This document shows, one piece after another, positions 24,955 to 39,486 of a stretch of DNA of 39,486 nucleotides (position 1 is the stretch's first letter; every line of letters begins with the position of its first letter). Under the pieces are notes generated by a model, which worked only from the letters and a program-made list of their open reading frames with translations, was not told where the DNA came from and did not search any database. This DNA is from Sphaeroforma arctica JP610 (taxonomy: Eukaryota), in the NCBI RefSeq assembly GCF_001186125.1, contig NW_014040340.1:62375-101860 (forward strand), written 5' to 3'. Made by a program: the position numbers and the translations under genes.

Positions 24955-27900
24955 TATAACTAAACGTAATAGTAGTAAATATATATANNNNNNNNNNNNN
25001 NNNNNNNTAATATATATATATATATAATAATAATAACTATAACTATAATGATACTATATATATATATATATGTGTGTGTGTAGTTACTACACACACACAC
25101 AACAACACACAATACACACANACACACAACACACACACACACACACCACACATATATATATATAACACACACACACACACACATATGTTATATATATATA
25201 TATATTTACATAGCATCGACACATACATTCACATCATCAATTTCCTAGCGGATTGAATTGGAAAAAATTCCTCAGGGGATACATCTCATGGCGAACACAC
25301 ATACTAGTTCAACCCTGCTTACACCTCATGGTATCCTTCCTGTCGAAAGACTTCGCTAACCTGCAATATACTGCCCATGCCCACCTGCTTATCAGGTGCT
25401 GTGCATGCTCTCTTAATAGTACGAATTTAAACTACATACATCTCGTACGTACCTTCTTAGCGAGCTCTGAGAAGAACAAGGTGGCCAGAGATCGGATGCA
25501 CAAGTCCTCATCTTCCAGACACACCGCTATATGACTGATCTACAAACCGGAAAGTATAGAAGGAAGACGATGTCCATAAGAAATGGTAATGCAAGAGGAA
25601 GGGCAGGGTATGATCACGACCAAAGAGCAACGCAGATTACGGTGACAATCGTACGCTACTTTTGAGTGCACATATGTAATGTGTAGCCTTATATCGAAAA
25701 ATCTGCATCGTAAAGGAATTCGTGGCATAGTATTTACAATCACTTTAAATGTGAAACAATAGCTGATAACGTACAGCGCAACAGCAGCAAATAATGGGGA
25801 TGTCATCGCCCTTGATACGATCTGGCACTAAAAGACATACTATTACATGGCGCGAAATGCAGTGACCAGATGCTAATGAGTAAAAAAAGTCCAGGATCCA
25901 TGCTTCCACCCTCAAGCAAGATTATATATATACTTAACTACTCAGATATAAAATGCACATACAGGCAATGTATTATAAACGTCAAACACACACCAGTGCG
26001 TACCTGCCCCTTGATTTTGATCTGATCGTTGAGAATGAGGTGGGTGAGCACCAGCAAGGTGTTCTTTCGCACACTGATGACCGGATCCTGCAAGCACAGA
26101 GGGATAGGATGGAACTAATTACTACATTGCATATATCTACCCTAAAAATCAAATTGGAAGGCTCTGAAGTAGATGAGGGGAGTATAGGATAGAATAGCTG
26201 TTGGCATACCAGCCAAAAAGGGGAACATACCCACCCTATTCAGGAAACAGGATTGAGGTGTAGGTGTATGAGAGGGGATTGGTACATGCGGTTACTGTGA
26301 TTTATACGCGATGATAACAGTCAAAATTTTCTTCCGACACAGTAATTTAGAGATATCCAAGCGTGCTTGGTGGTGAAATTTGCCAAGATGAGGCGAATTG
26401 TACTGTGTGACTAGTGTGTGCCACGAGGTATGCAGGATGAATAGGGCATCTGCTTCACATAGTGGTGGTAGCAGATCCAATCAGGCCGAGGGGACGCATA
26501 CTCGGCAACAAAATAACCCATACGACGTACCTTTCTCAATCGTTCGTACAGCTTTGCGGTCCACGGTTCAACGAGATTTGGATGACGTTGTGCTAGATCT
26601 CCAAGAGAGATCATTACATTGCTTCGTACTAGCGCCTGTGACGACCGAAGGAGTAGGGCATTGATTCGGATCAGTATTGTTGCGGAACGGCACAAATCAA
26701 GGATACAGTTGGAAGCAGAACGAGATGGGAAGGCAATGCCGTGACAATTGCCTTATTTCATGCAAGTAGGGGACATAATCCTCCTCGATTTGCTTTTGAA
26801 AACAACAATAGAGTATATATCTGTCACTGGAGCATTGTTTTCTATCTGTTCAAAGGCATTGAAAATCGTAGGTGACCCTACCCGTCCAACGAAGTTTTCA
26901 ATAGCTTCCAAAATGGACACACCTAAGCGCGGAAGGGGTTCCATGTACAACGATACAACACAAAACGGACAACACTGATACTATAGACTCTAGACCAACC
27001 ACCTTACACCGTGTGATACCCGCATACCAATACCCACAATACTCTCCTAGCATCCTGTCACGTGGAAAGTACATCTTAAAATCACTAATGTTTTAGTCAT
27101 CGACAATTCTGAGATCGGGTCACCCGAATTCTCACGTTCTAGCATTTAGAGCACCCATGCCCATGTATCCTTCACAAGACCCACAGGTATATACAACTAG
27201 ATACTGACCTGCTTGCTCTTCTCCAGAAGTGTGAAGATCACCTGTAGCTGGTCCTGACAGAACTGTTGCGACACGCACATGAACTTGCACATTGCTAGCG
27301 CTGCAATAGGCCCCAATAAAGGATCACTGTGTCTGGTGCGGCAGGTAGTGATGATCAAGGGTTTGAAGGCCGCTAGCAAACTCCCGTCACCTGCAGCGTA
27401 GGATTGTAGTCTTTAGGGTTTGCTTGGTTATGTGGATGCAACTATGAGCAATATAGTGGGAGGACGACTGTCAAAAGCTCGACCTATAGTATAGTGCGCC
27501 TTATCTAGTGTTTATATAAATACATACATAAATATACATATAGGTTGTATGTACCCTTTGGAGTGTGTAGTTCGTCTATGCGTGCCAACAACTGCCTGAG
27601 CATGATAATCACTAAGTATACTTGAAACGGGCCACAGCAACATGAGCCCGAAACGATAACTGGGGCTCTTCTACAGAAGGTATCTAAACGTGAACCAAAG
27701 ACATCGTAAAGTGGTACCATAAAAAACCATGCATACGAAACAACGGACAGATGTTGAGCACGAGTATACTAAAGCACACCCTTTGTCACACATCGGTAGC
27801 AACGTCAACGAATGCACAGACCAACACAAGAAGGGGCAATAGACAAAAGTAAGGAATCAATACACACATACAGCCATATGCATGGTAAACAGTTGATACA

Positions 27901-29370
27901 GCTATTCATACCTGCGACGAGCTCGCTTTCAATGATCTCAGCAATTTTCTCAGTCTCCGCATCTTCCGCTTGGAGACCCAGGTCTTCTACCATGTCCTGT
28001 CAATACGAGTATGTAAATGGAGATATGTATGTAGTCAGAAATTTGTTAACCTGTGTGCGCTGTCGTGTTCGTTTATATTTGTGTGCACATATCCGACTGA
28101 GTATGTTCAGAGACTGTGTACATATACATGTTCTAGAGATACTCTATAGATCAAGCCATATTTAAAACAGAACCACCGAAGCTTACGCAGGGATTATTTA
28201 GGCTATGCTTACTAAAGCTGCCGTGAGAGATGTGTGTGTGTGTGTGTTGGGGGGGGAAGGCATATATTAACAATTGTACTGGAAAATAGGTGAATTGTTT
28301 ACTTGTCCACACCACCCGTTGCGACAAGCCCTACACCGACTGTGTGAACTACATTTCACACAGTGTAAAGTGACTATGTATCACCTCACACATACAAGAT
28401 GATCCCGGAATTGGATGGAGGCAAGATTTCTGCTCCAGACCACATCCGAATACAATACAATACCCTAACATCAATATACATACATCGTCTTCGTCGTGGG
28501 CCGCGCTCTCTTTCTTGCGTTGTTCTAGCAGCTCCTTTGCCGCCTGATGTCTCCTCTTGAGCGTCAGTTCAATCTCCTCACACAACACTAGCTGTTTGAA
28601 TGCCGTATGCCCAACAGTAAACAACAGGCGTGCGAGTATGACCTTAGCTATACCGCTTGCATTGGACGAGATGGCCAGGAGCTTGGCCTGAGGTATGGGA
28701 GTGCATGGGGCAGCATCGTCGTCAATTTGCTCCGGCACTTCTTCTTCTTTCTTTACGGTTACGTACCTACGGGAATAGAGCAGAAGGGAGAAAACAGTAT
28801 GAGATGTGCAGTGTGATTCAGGGTTATTCTTACTTTGCTGTTAGCTGTGTGCGCAAAAAGATCGGGAGAATGGTGCTTGGGATGCAAAACATCAATTTGT
28901 AAAGTGTGATGTGATTTGTCGCCACAGAGTGTGGTTTGTACACAGACACAGACACAGACATAGACATAGACATAGACAAACACTAACACTAACACAAATA
29001 CAAACACAAACACAAAGACACAGACACAGACGCAGACACAGACACAGACACAGACACAGACACAGACACAGACACAGACACAGACACAGACACAGACACA
29101 GACACAGACACAGACACAGACACAGACACAGACACAAACACGACCTGACCTGAACCCACACACACANNNNNNNNNNNNNNNNNNNNNNNNNNNNNNNNNN
29201 NNNNNNNNNNNNNNNNNNNNNNNNNNNNNNNNNNNNNNNNNNNNNNNNNNNNNNNNNNNNNNNNNNNNNNNNNNNNNNNNNNNNNNNNNNNNNNNNNNNN
29301 NNNNNNNNNNNNNNNNNNNNNNNNNNNNNNNNNNNNNNNNNNNNNNNAACCACCACCGACCACCACCGAC

Positions 29371-29459
<89 letters not shown>

Positions 29460-32400
29460 ACGTGTATACCATGTGATCCGTATGTTAACCATTAGACTTG
29501 AAGACTACATACTTGGAGGAGGCCTGGTCCAACTGCTTTGTCATGCCGCGTATGATTGCGCAGGAGACGTCGGCGGGAGTGTCGCACAGATGGTAAAGCA
29601 GATTGATACAGGCCTGCGCTGAGCTGAACCACTCCTGTGCATACACAACAATGTGTTTAATACGGAGTTAAGTCAAACGTATTGCAGTTATAACGTACAG
29701 ACGAGAACGAGTTGGTGTTCAGAACGTTTGGGCACTTCAGGAAAACAAGGTTCTTAAAATCAGAACTACTAAGCATTTCGACTTGGCCAGAGCATAGATT
29801 TGTACAAGACGATACTCTACCACGTGCCCATTAAAGTGAGTAGACTTAAGCCCGTCAAGTGCAGCATGTCTTCGTGCAGAGGATTGGAATACAAGGACAA
29901 CGTGATTAGCTGTATGTTTTATCATATTTGATCATTCAAGTACAATACAACAGGCGATATGCTTAGCTCTACGCAACTCTCTTCATTCGCGATGCAATCA
30001 CCTCTAATACTCTCCACTCAATCATTCAAGTCCAATACACAAGACGATAAGGTTAGCTATCATCAATTTCCTCTGCGTGCGGCGATAACGTCCAATACAC
30101 AGGTCAGTAAACTCGAGCATAATACAAAATATCAAACTCCAGTCAATATAGCAACTGCTACGTACTGAGTGTGTGTGTTGTCTCGATGGATCCATGTCTA
30201 TAGAGCAACCGGCAAGGAGGTAATCGGAGATAGCACTGAAGATCCGGTCGCCGTGTGGAAGGCGTTGTGTGTTGTCATTATTTTGCCGCAGATGCTGCGG
30301 TTTACAAGAGAAGTGTGGGTCAGACCACACACGCGTCGAAAACTCAGCATGTGCCGTAATCATGTCGCAAATGTGGCGATTCGGAAGAGTATGAGTCAGG
30401 TTAAACACATGTCGAATATGCACAAATGTCCTTTGTCACGAATGCTAAGGTTTTTCTGCAAGAGAGTGTGGGTTTTAGGTTTTCATCGCCATCTGATCGA
30501 ATATGGGAATATACATATAAAACACCAACCGTCGAAACGGTAGGCCGGAGATATATATATAGTATAATATAATGTAAAGCAATGTGAAGCGTTGATCCTT
30601 AGAATTACGATTTGCAAACCACCATGGTGTGCGTAGTTGTAACTTTCACCTGATGATGCGAAACACACAGATTAATGATTAAAGGATAGTCAACATACGG
30701 GACTATAGTGCTATCCCGCGAGTGGCATATCTGCCACGTTTGGCTACACCACTTTACGATATTACAAAACACAACGTACGCAACACGGGATCAATGCAGA
30801 ACAAATCATTTACAATCACACCACAACTCCCAAGACATACCATCAATGCAAAACACGCGTACTGCGCGAGCAAAGGGTCCTGACGTCCCCGGGCGCCAAA
30901 GGAAATATCTAGCAGTGTGGTGAGGTTATTCCTGAGCGATTCCGCATCCGACTCTACCAAGAAGCTCAGCATAATCAGCGCAGACCTAGCGTGCACCTGG
31001 GTTGTGTTTGGTACTGGGTGATAGACGGGGGAGGGTTGGTTGCTACACTTTAGTCATGCATGGTCGAGAGACCTTGTACTGTATCTGGGGCCTATGAAAC
31101 CCATATAAATCGGCACTTTAGTAACGTATACCCCTCGTAGGTGAAGCAGTACATCCATCACATACGAGTCTGAACTGCCAAATACCGATCGGACCGCAAA
31201 TTCGATGGCGTACTACGTTCGTCTAAGTGCAACTGCTAATTCAAAGCGATGTATGGCACGCTCTACAAGTTGCGCTCGCGATGTTGTATCGAGGCTGAAG
31301 TATAAAGTTCATCAATAGTTCTAGTGTAGTTGTGTGCTTTAACAAAGGCGTTGTCATGGGAGAGTATGTGTGATCAGCAACATACTGTGACTCGCAAATG
31401 TATCCTAACTGTTTAGCGGACTATTACAACATTGAGAGAAAACGGGCAGTTTATCCTGTACAGAGTGTTGCCTTTGACGCAATTGCCGCGATTATAGTCA
31501 ACTTAGTCCAATGCTTTTGACCGAGAGAAATGAGCGGAAAACGCTCGAAAACAACATAACACCAACTGTGTAATTATGCACAAATGCATTTATTATGTTT
31601 ATACAATGGGCACGCAAGGGCGCATCCACGATGAAGTCTTCACAACCATGCAATGAAAAACGTGTGCATTCATGTACAGATCACAGACACATACTTTGGA
31701 GCGTTACACAGTTTATATATCTTGAACAAATATCTGCTCACATCACAAATGTATACCTTAAAGCATCAACACATACGATAGATTATTGACAACACACGTA
31801 CGACTCACAAACGCATACCTTTGAGCGTAAACACATCCCACATCATCTTAACCACACCCGGCGGGATCTTGCGCACTTTGGGGTGCTGCAGTTCTTTGAC
31901 CAGGTCTTTCAGACAAGCGAGATCCGCCAAAGACGCATTGATAGCCTGTCAGTGTGCAGGAGATGGAAGCATTATAATATCTAATCCGAGGCGATTGTGA
32001 GCTTCAGACTGTCACTTGTTACTATGTCGACAGTGGACGTTTTGGAAGGAGAGATGGGGGGTTTGATGGCAACTCAGGTGCAGAGAATGGACACGATAGG
32101 AAGGCATATACTTGTTATTGAGCTGGCATCGGGTATGTTTGAAATTAGCAATGAGGAGAGGGGAGAGTTTGAATACTTACATACAAACATGAAGTTTCTG
32201 GACTGAAGAATTCGTTTTCACGAGGCGACGGTACATGAAGCTGTCAATCGAGTATAGCATATAAGAAGTAGCTATTCAGGAAAATATGAGACTAAAAATA
32301 GAACTGTCTGCGAGGAGAACAGCCGCCCTACATATCAAGAGGGCCCTAAGATAAAGATCGGCCGTGGAATCAAGTATACAACGATGTCAACACAAAAGCA

Positions 32401-35400
32401 AGTGTCAGGACTTGGACTTCCTTGAGCGCTCGATGAGTAAAAAATATCAAAATTAACGCAGTCATGCTGGCCTAAGAAGAAAACGAAATCCCAGTCTCCA
32501 ATGTCTGGTTGACTACCTACGACCTGGCGACCAAGGGATTACTGAGAACGCCATTGGAAAAAGCCATCCTACACATCTGCATAGTTCAGCCCTATGTGCA
32601 ACTATAACAGCGTCTATGTGAGGACCCTGTGCCAAGAAGCATAGTCGCCTTGCAACTCTTATTTACTCGCGGTTGTTGCGGGCATGTCGAGATGCATGTA
32701 AGGCAAATTTATTTAAATCGCACAAACACGATACGATACAAACCCACTCACATCTCGCTTACCATTTCGATGAGATTTTTGACTACCACGGTGATATATA
32801 CGCGTGGGTCCATGTCTTCTGTCATGGGCAGGTGTACCTTCTCGTATGTTTCAATGACTTTCTTTCGCACATCGGCTGCAATGGTTGTAAAAAGCTAAGC
32901 ATATGAGTGCCACGAGGGAAAAACCGTATAAGATGAACATTATATATATATATTATAATCTATCTGTTATGTACAGCTGATAAACTGTTTATATGCCATA
33001 TGAATGCGTAAAACACACCATCCACCATTCACCTTCATAGCTGTGCACATACCGTCCTGTGACTTGATTTGCATCAACATCGTTCTCAGGGGGTCGGCCT
33101 CGTTTGTCTCCGGCCGAACGATCGCTTCCACGCCGAAATCATGCAACACTTGAATCAGCTCAATCTTTAGGACACAAACTACAGTTTCAGTGATAATTCT
33201 CTATACAATGCTCCATTGTCCTCCTAAGCGAAACTTTATAGACATAGTGTCTGTGCATGCGATGGGGCTGATGAAAGGGGTTCTACCACTTCAATTTTAA
33301 ACAATGCAAGAACTTGGTGTTTTTGCCGACGCGTATCGCTGTAGATGTATGCTTGAATAAAAAGTATACATACCAAACCACATACTGCGACAAACACTGC
33401 TTTTAGGACATACCACTTCTTTGACATCGGACACGTCTTTAGAGGCCAGCAACTGGACCATAACCGGTGCCATAGAGTGTATTTGATTCGTGAATGACAC
33501 CGCTCCGTTGAAGTACAGGAATACTTTCTCGTGTGCGGCAATCTCCTATATGGTTTTCATGAAGAAACATGTATGTCAATGCCTCAAATACATATACATA
33601 CACCAAACATTGTTTCTTAAAGAAGATGCGAAAGGGTCAGCTAATACGTGGGCAGTGAAGCAGTAGGATGGAAGAGTGATTTCGGGTGTGGCGATTAAAG
33701 CCAAGCTCAGCATCGAGTTTACACACGACACACAGACACATACATACGCACTAGACTATCCCACACTCGCACATAGACGCCGTCTTTGATATAATGTGTC
33801 CAAATGCTGATGGACTGCTCTAATGTGTATCTTCATGGGTCATTCATGTACTAGCACCTCGTATACATACACCCATAGTCCCCCCCACCTGCTTCAGAAA
33901 GAACTATGCTTCGCTGGCTTGTTATACAACCACTTTACAAATGGACACCTAGGCCTCCACATTTCACGGTACAATTAAGCGAGAACTATGCCTCAACACT
34001 TCACGACAGTACTTTGAACGGGCAACACCCACCTTTTCCAACGCAGTTGGTACGTGGTCCTCCTTGTCGTTGTCGTCATTCGCATCGGCGTCGTTTGCGT
34101 CCTCCTCAGGCTTCTCTGATTCCTGATTTATGAAGTACCAATTCGCATAGATAGAATAGGAAAGGGCCTGAATATTCGCTGACTTTTTCGATCCACTAAT
34201 GATATGCGGGCAGGTTATTAAAAACTGACTTCAGAACGAGAGCAGCATTGATGAATTCAATAGATACTGCCAAAGACAACCTTACTGGATGATGGATGGC
34301 AGAAACAGCGAAGCAACAGACGACCCATCACATAGAGACAAGCCCAATACACAGCATAGACTCAGACGATAGCATGTGCACGCGCATACTAGTACGTATT
34401 GTGTATCTGAATTATGACAAACTTGTATATTTGTAGGTTCATATTTATATTCATACAAAACACCGTTTAAATTGGATTGGTACCTGTTGGGTGTCGAGTG
34501 CAGCCTTCAACTCTCGCAATTTGAAGTCTTCTTTTGCCAGCCCTTCCTTGAGTATACTCAGCTGCGAGAGTGACAAGAAGGGATATGAGACCAAATATCG
34601 AGGGATATCATGTATGATACACTTTCGCAAGCAAACAGACATGCACGACCACGTGCACACATACACCACACATGCTCCCACACACAAGAACACAGGAATG
34701 CCCGACCTCTTGTACACATACAACACACACAAGGCTCATATGCGGGCACACCAGCAAATATTAAGTATGCGTGTACGTCCACATCGCGCACGTGCATCTT
34801 AGAACTGCTTATACGCGTAATGATACGCATGTAATCTATGTAATCCGGACTATGTATTGCAATACGCATTCGCGTCCTGCGCCCAGCACAATCACACAAA
34901 TTACACGTACCTGTAGACTGTTTCCGTAGGGGTTCTGTATGATGAACACGCCCAGGGCCTTCAGCGCATTCTGGCGCACCGATTTGGTGCGGTCGGACGT
35001 GCGTGCTTTGAGTCCAGTGATAATCTCGTCCCAGAATGTCAGGGGCACGCATTTCTGCGTGTATGTGGATGTTAGCTTGGGTTAAAAGTTGTAAAGTGTA
35101 CGAAGACGTATATGTTAAAAGTGGTGAACCCACAACTTGCGTCGGGAACGGTAGAAGATGGAAGGCGAGAAACTGACCCATAAACCCTGAAATCCTAGAA
35201 TAGGTAAGGCTGAGGCTATCGAAGAGACGAAAAACGTGGTAGAGAGAATAGCGATTTGTGCGCAGGAGAACTACGGGCATACAAGAGGCTCCAGTGTCAC
35301 ACGCGACACACAGCAGACAAACAATTCGATAAACAAGTGTTGCTTATTCTTCAATACCAATTCACATTGATATTAATGCACGTATGTTCTTCCTGTATTC

Positions 35401-36275
35401 CGGTAGACCACCACACATGTCAGATAGCATTGCACCTGGACGTCAAAGACACACACACAAACACAAACACACACATATAGATATATATATATATATACAA
35501 ATATATATTTATATGTAATATAGATATAGATAAATACATATGCATGTACATGTACATATACATATACATATACCCATACATATGAGTACGTATTCTTTCA
35601 TATACCAGGGCATATAATGAATATTGAACACAATATTACAAAATGCATATGAGTAAAAATGTATATGAGTACATGTTTTCACATACACCTGTGCATATAT
35701 ATGAATATTATACATAATAATAGTCGATTAAGTACATATTTTTTTGTGTTCCTGTGCATGTATATATATAAATATAACACACGATATTCCAAAATCTATA
35801 GAAGCATAAATTCTTCCATATACCTGTTCGACCAAGTATATCCACATGTCAATGCAGCGTTTCCGCACATTCGCATTCACATCATGGAGCCGTTCGAGGA
35901 GAATACCAAGGAACTCATCGCGTGCACGCACACCTTTGTCAGCCCCTGCATCGTCTGTGCTTGCCCGACAATACACGAACATGTATTAGAATTATGGTAG
36001 ATCGTAAAGCAGATCAGTGTGCAGGCATATACACGCTGTGTGCATGTAGCCCAAAAACAAACAAGCAAGTGTGTGTAATGCGTGTTAATGTGTGTGTATG
36101 TGTTTGTGTATGTGTTCATATATATATATATAAATATATATATATATATGATACAGATATACACACATACACATACACAAACACAAACACATACACACAC
36201 ACATATATATATATATTTATATATATATATATATATATCTATATTATATCTATATTATATCTATCTATCTATCTA

Positions 36276-36346
<71 letters not shown>

Positions 36347-36358
36347 GTATATATAAAT

Positions 36359-36398
<40 letters not shown>

Positions 36399-39393
36399 GC
36401 ACATACATGATGCGTATGGTCATGTGTATGCGTGTGTGCTAAGCGGGTGCATGTGTCACGACAGCCTGAATTTTCACCACCAATTTTGATTCAGCTCTTT
36501 ATCAAATTGCTGTGTGAGTAACCGAGTCTATCTAATATTCCTGGGTCTCACAGCTCATCTGTGATAACCAATCAAATGCCGATGCCATGCAGCACAGGAT
36601 GGGTGGTATCGTGACGTATTGCAGTGAATGTGGTCGAAAGTGGAGGTGAAATACACAAATGAGCGCTATGGTTGTGATGGAATGTTTTGCAAGTGCTGAT
36701 AGAAATGAACCAATCTAAAGCACACCAGGTATTCAGAAATCGTGTATATTCCTTCAAAACAAAGTTGCGCAAACAATATGATACAATGGTACGTACACGC
36801 ACAACTTCTCCTTAACACACACACACACAGAGTACTCACCATCTTCGGCCGCCCGTTTGTCAAGCTGCGAGAGGTAAAGGCTCTGTACACGGGTGATCAT
36901 ATACAGGATGGTGGATCGAAAGGTCGCCGACTGTAGGGGAATGAATAATTTTTTTTTGGTTTCGTGGGGGTTATGTTTTAAGTTTTATCAGGGTCTACTA
37001 CATTTGGCGGCCATGCGTTTCTGTAGGGTCTAGAGCTTAGAAAGGCCGAGAGCGCAAATGAAACCGACGGGTTGTTGCATGTATGGTGGTATGTGCGTCG
37101 GATGTGAATGCGCACGCTATGTACGGTGGTGTCTGATTTGAGACGGCTACGACAACAGCAGCTGCTACACAACGGTACAAGTATGACACGTAGGGCACCG
37201 CAACAGACTGGACACATACAACCAGACAAAATAGATACTGCGGCGCACACCTACCTCTCCATCCAAGTGGGGCAGGACAGAGCTGATGGAGTTGAAGGTG
37301 GCCTCCGGCATTTTCTCTGACAGCTCCTTGAGGAACTCGCATGTGTACTTGACTCCAGCGGTGTCTGTTTGCATGCTGCTGGGGTCATGTCGCGACATCT
37401 CGCTGCACACGGGGCGGAGGGATTCGATTGAGCTTAAACACACTACTGTACACTGAAATGGACCAATAGCCACGCCAATGCCAGGAAAACATGTACGCGG
37501 AGATGCAAATGTGAATACAAGAATGTCATAGGTATAGCTATCCTACATACAAAAGCATCGGAGGTATTCGATTGAGCTTAAGCACACTACTGTACACTAA
37601 AATGGGCCAATGGCCACTCCAATACCAGGAAAACATGTACGCGGATATGCAAATGTGAATACAAGAGTCATAGGTATAGATATCCCACATGCAAAAACAT
37701 ATTTTCGCACAAAAGAAAATCCGGACATTACCACTAGTTCGCAATCAAACAAAAAGACCTTACCGCACGATTTCAGACACCACATTATTGGCGATGTGCT
37801 TGTTCTTCTTGGCCATGGCTTGCAGGACGAGAACAGCAGGCACAGGCATGTGAGAGCATTTAGGTACCAGACTGGTGACAATGGTAGTGATGTCTAACAG
37901 GCGGTTGTAGTCTATGCATAGCGTGCCCAGGATGTCACTGATCACTGCCATGATGTCCATGTCACGACAGTAGATCGGGTTCTCCAGGAGACGGGATGGG
38001 ACCTTTGAGATACAGCTAGATGTAGGGTAGGAAACGGACACAGGTTATGAATATGATGGGAGATTGCATGACAGGACATGCGTGTGGACCTTGGGACGTC
38101 CATGTACACTCCATGGCCTCTACTCAATGCAACCACACATTGGAAATTTGAACTTCGAAAGTAGCAGATAGGCTATACACACTCGGATCACCAGAATGCA
38201 AGCTTTCCAGAATCCTAGAACCTCTTATCGTTCATGTCTTTTTATGTTGCATTCATGCTACATCACTCGTTTACTAAAAGATCGGCCATACACGCGTGTT
38301 GCGAGAAACAGCCAGTAGCAGAGTCCTGACGCGCTTACTGCAAGTTCACTCCTAGAACAACCTGAGTGCGCTTCTCGCAACATGACCTACCTATAAAACA
38401 ACTCTTACGCTTATATCACATTAAACATCACGACTATCAACTTCGCTCAAAAAACAGATGGCAGCGTTTGTCCTGGCAACAACACAGCTCATGGCAGCAA
38501 CTCAGCAGAGAGGTGCCAGCCTTCTTATTATGCTTGTACTCAACAAAGCATCCTTTGCAACACTATGATGCGTTCACAACACACTTCACTTCTCTACAAT
38601 ACTTCAACTGTCCGTTCTGACGATAACATTACCTGCAAAACTCCTGCTCCGGGTATACAGCCGTCCAGAAGGTGGCAATGTCCTCTGTGATAAGCTGATT
38701 TAACCCTCGCAGAGTGCGCACCTGCTCAGGCATCCACAGCTCTCCTGGGCTCTGGGTCTTTTTCTGCACATGTGAATAGCATTGATGTCAGCAGGATTTT
38801 CAACGACTATGCCACGCCCATATCCCGCTCGAAAGTATCCAACGCCCTTCGTCACTCAAAGATTTACACACGCCCTACCGAACTAGTATACAGATAAGTA
38901 TGCAGCGTACAGCGTACATACAATGCCATCGGGTCACGTACGGTAAGCATAGCACAGTTTAGGCATTTGGTATGTTCCAGAGGCTACAGAGTGTGCACAG
39001 TAAGCAACCTCTTGGCTACAAGGTGGCGAAAAGCTCAACTGGCTACGGGGAGGGAGATGGTCCACTGTCAAGTACGTTGTGAACAGATACAATACCAGTC
39101 TGCTCCATAATGCCGCGATCTTGTTGGTGCTTTGTGCATAGATTGCAGAGGCAATGCAAATGCAGCTGAATCCAAACCTACCACACACAACATGACATGC
39201 ATGCCGAGTATAATCAAGTAACTTGTTACGCAACCTTTACGCAAGGTAACTATGAATAGCTACGCACCATTCCTCAATTTGACACTAACATATGCGAACC
39301 TTTCTGCTGCTACCCTCATCCGCTGCCCGGCACGACTCGCCCTGACTCGAACACCAGCATAGTAGGAACACTTGCATTTTGATAGCATTCCTC
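21374..39393 (-). CDS. NCAPD2: Condensin I complex subunit 1 (CAP-D2/CND1/Ycs4), 30 exons in the window, 5'-truncated by the window edge
   Basis: Phase-consistent GT-AG exons: 39393-39300, 38763-38633, 38015-37764, 37402-37255, 36930-36840, 35954-35824, 35054-34911, 34561-34484, 34122-34033, 33545-33414, 33164-33053, 32875-32763, 31945-31819, 31013-30841, 30294-30166, 29634-29513, 28766-28484, 27996-27912, 27390-27209, 26635-26531, 26087-26004, 25539-25453, 24462-24402, 24077-24010, 23848-23711, 23285-23148, 22616-22412, 22038-21914, 21719-21673, 21461-21374 (~1250 codons). Motifs: [107 protein letters not shown]. Confidence 0.95.
22924..23033 (+). repeat. 34-bp intronic minisatellite (CAGGCACAGTATCGCTGGCGGACTAGAATACAAA) x3 plus a partial copy
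   Basis: Three adjacent near-identical units with no spacers. Confidence 0.95.
24868..25210. repeat. CA/TA microsatellite block with an N-gap (CAP-D2 intron)
   Basis: Read directly from the sequence. Confidence 0.95.
28940..29456. repeat. (ACAGAC)n hexamer array, N-gap, then TA and TG microsatellites (CAP-D2 intron)
   Basis: The hexamer array spans ~28940-29140, the gap 29167-29347, and (TA)n/(TG)n runs extend to ~29456. Confidence 0.95.
35448..35585. repeat. CA/TA low-complexity block (CAP-D2 intron)
   Basis: Read directly from the sequence. Confidence 0.85.
36070..36410. repeat. Compound TG/TA/CA/(ATACAT)n microsatellite (CAP-D2 intron)
   Basis: Read directly from the sequence. Confidence 0.95.
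37415..37700. repeat. Intronic tandem duplication of a ~144-bp unit (2 diverged copies)
   Basis: cggagg.attcgattgagcttaa.cacactactgtacact...ccaggaaaacatgtacgcgga.atgcaaatgtgaatacaaga..gtcataggtatag occurs at 37415 and 37559. Confidence 0.92.
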
Positions 39394-39486
39394 CTGTTCG
39401 GCGATACACAAGTGTGATGGTTGGGATTGAGACAAATTGTGCCTTTATATATATACATATACATATACATACACACACACACATAT

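Overview
Intron-rich eukaryotic genomic DNA from a draft scaffold with N-gaps and long TA/CA microsatellites in introns. The style is compatible with a unicellular opisthokont such as an ichthyosporean, but that is inference only. From left to right: (1) an AT-rich non-genic block at ~60-1655; (2) a decayed minus-strand Ty1/copia LTR retrotransposon at ~1658-7000 with gag zinc knuckle, integrase, RT N-terminus and RNase H, interrupted by a ~1.27-kb non-coding insert with terminal direct repeats and by two copies of a second TG-starting repeat; (3) a complete 8-exon RIO1 kinase gene (minus, 14343-8646) containing a GC-AG intron; (4) an unassigned minus-strand gene encoding two copies of a paired-CCCH zinc-finger module; (5) 30 exons of condensin I subunit CAP-D2/CND1 (minus, 39393-21374), whose 5' end lies outside the window. 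I found no prokaryotic-type system, CRISPR array or RNA gene. The most novel-looking items are the duplicated double-CCCH protein and the nested non-coding inserts in the copia relic.
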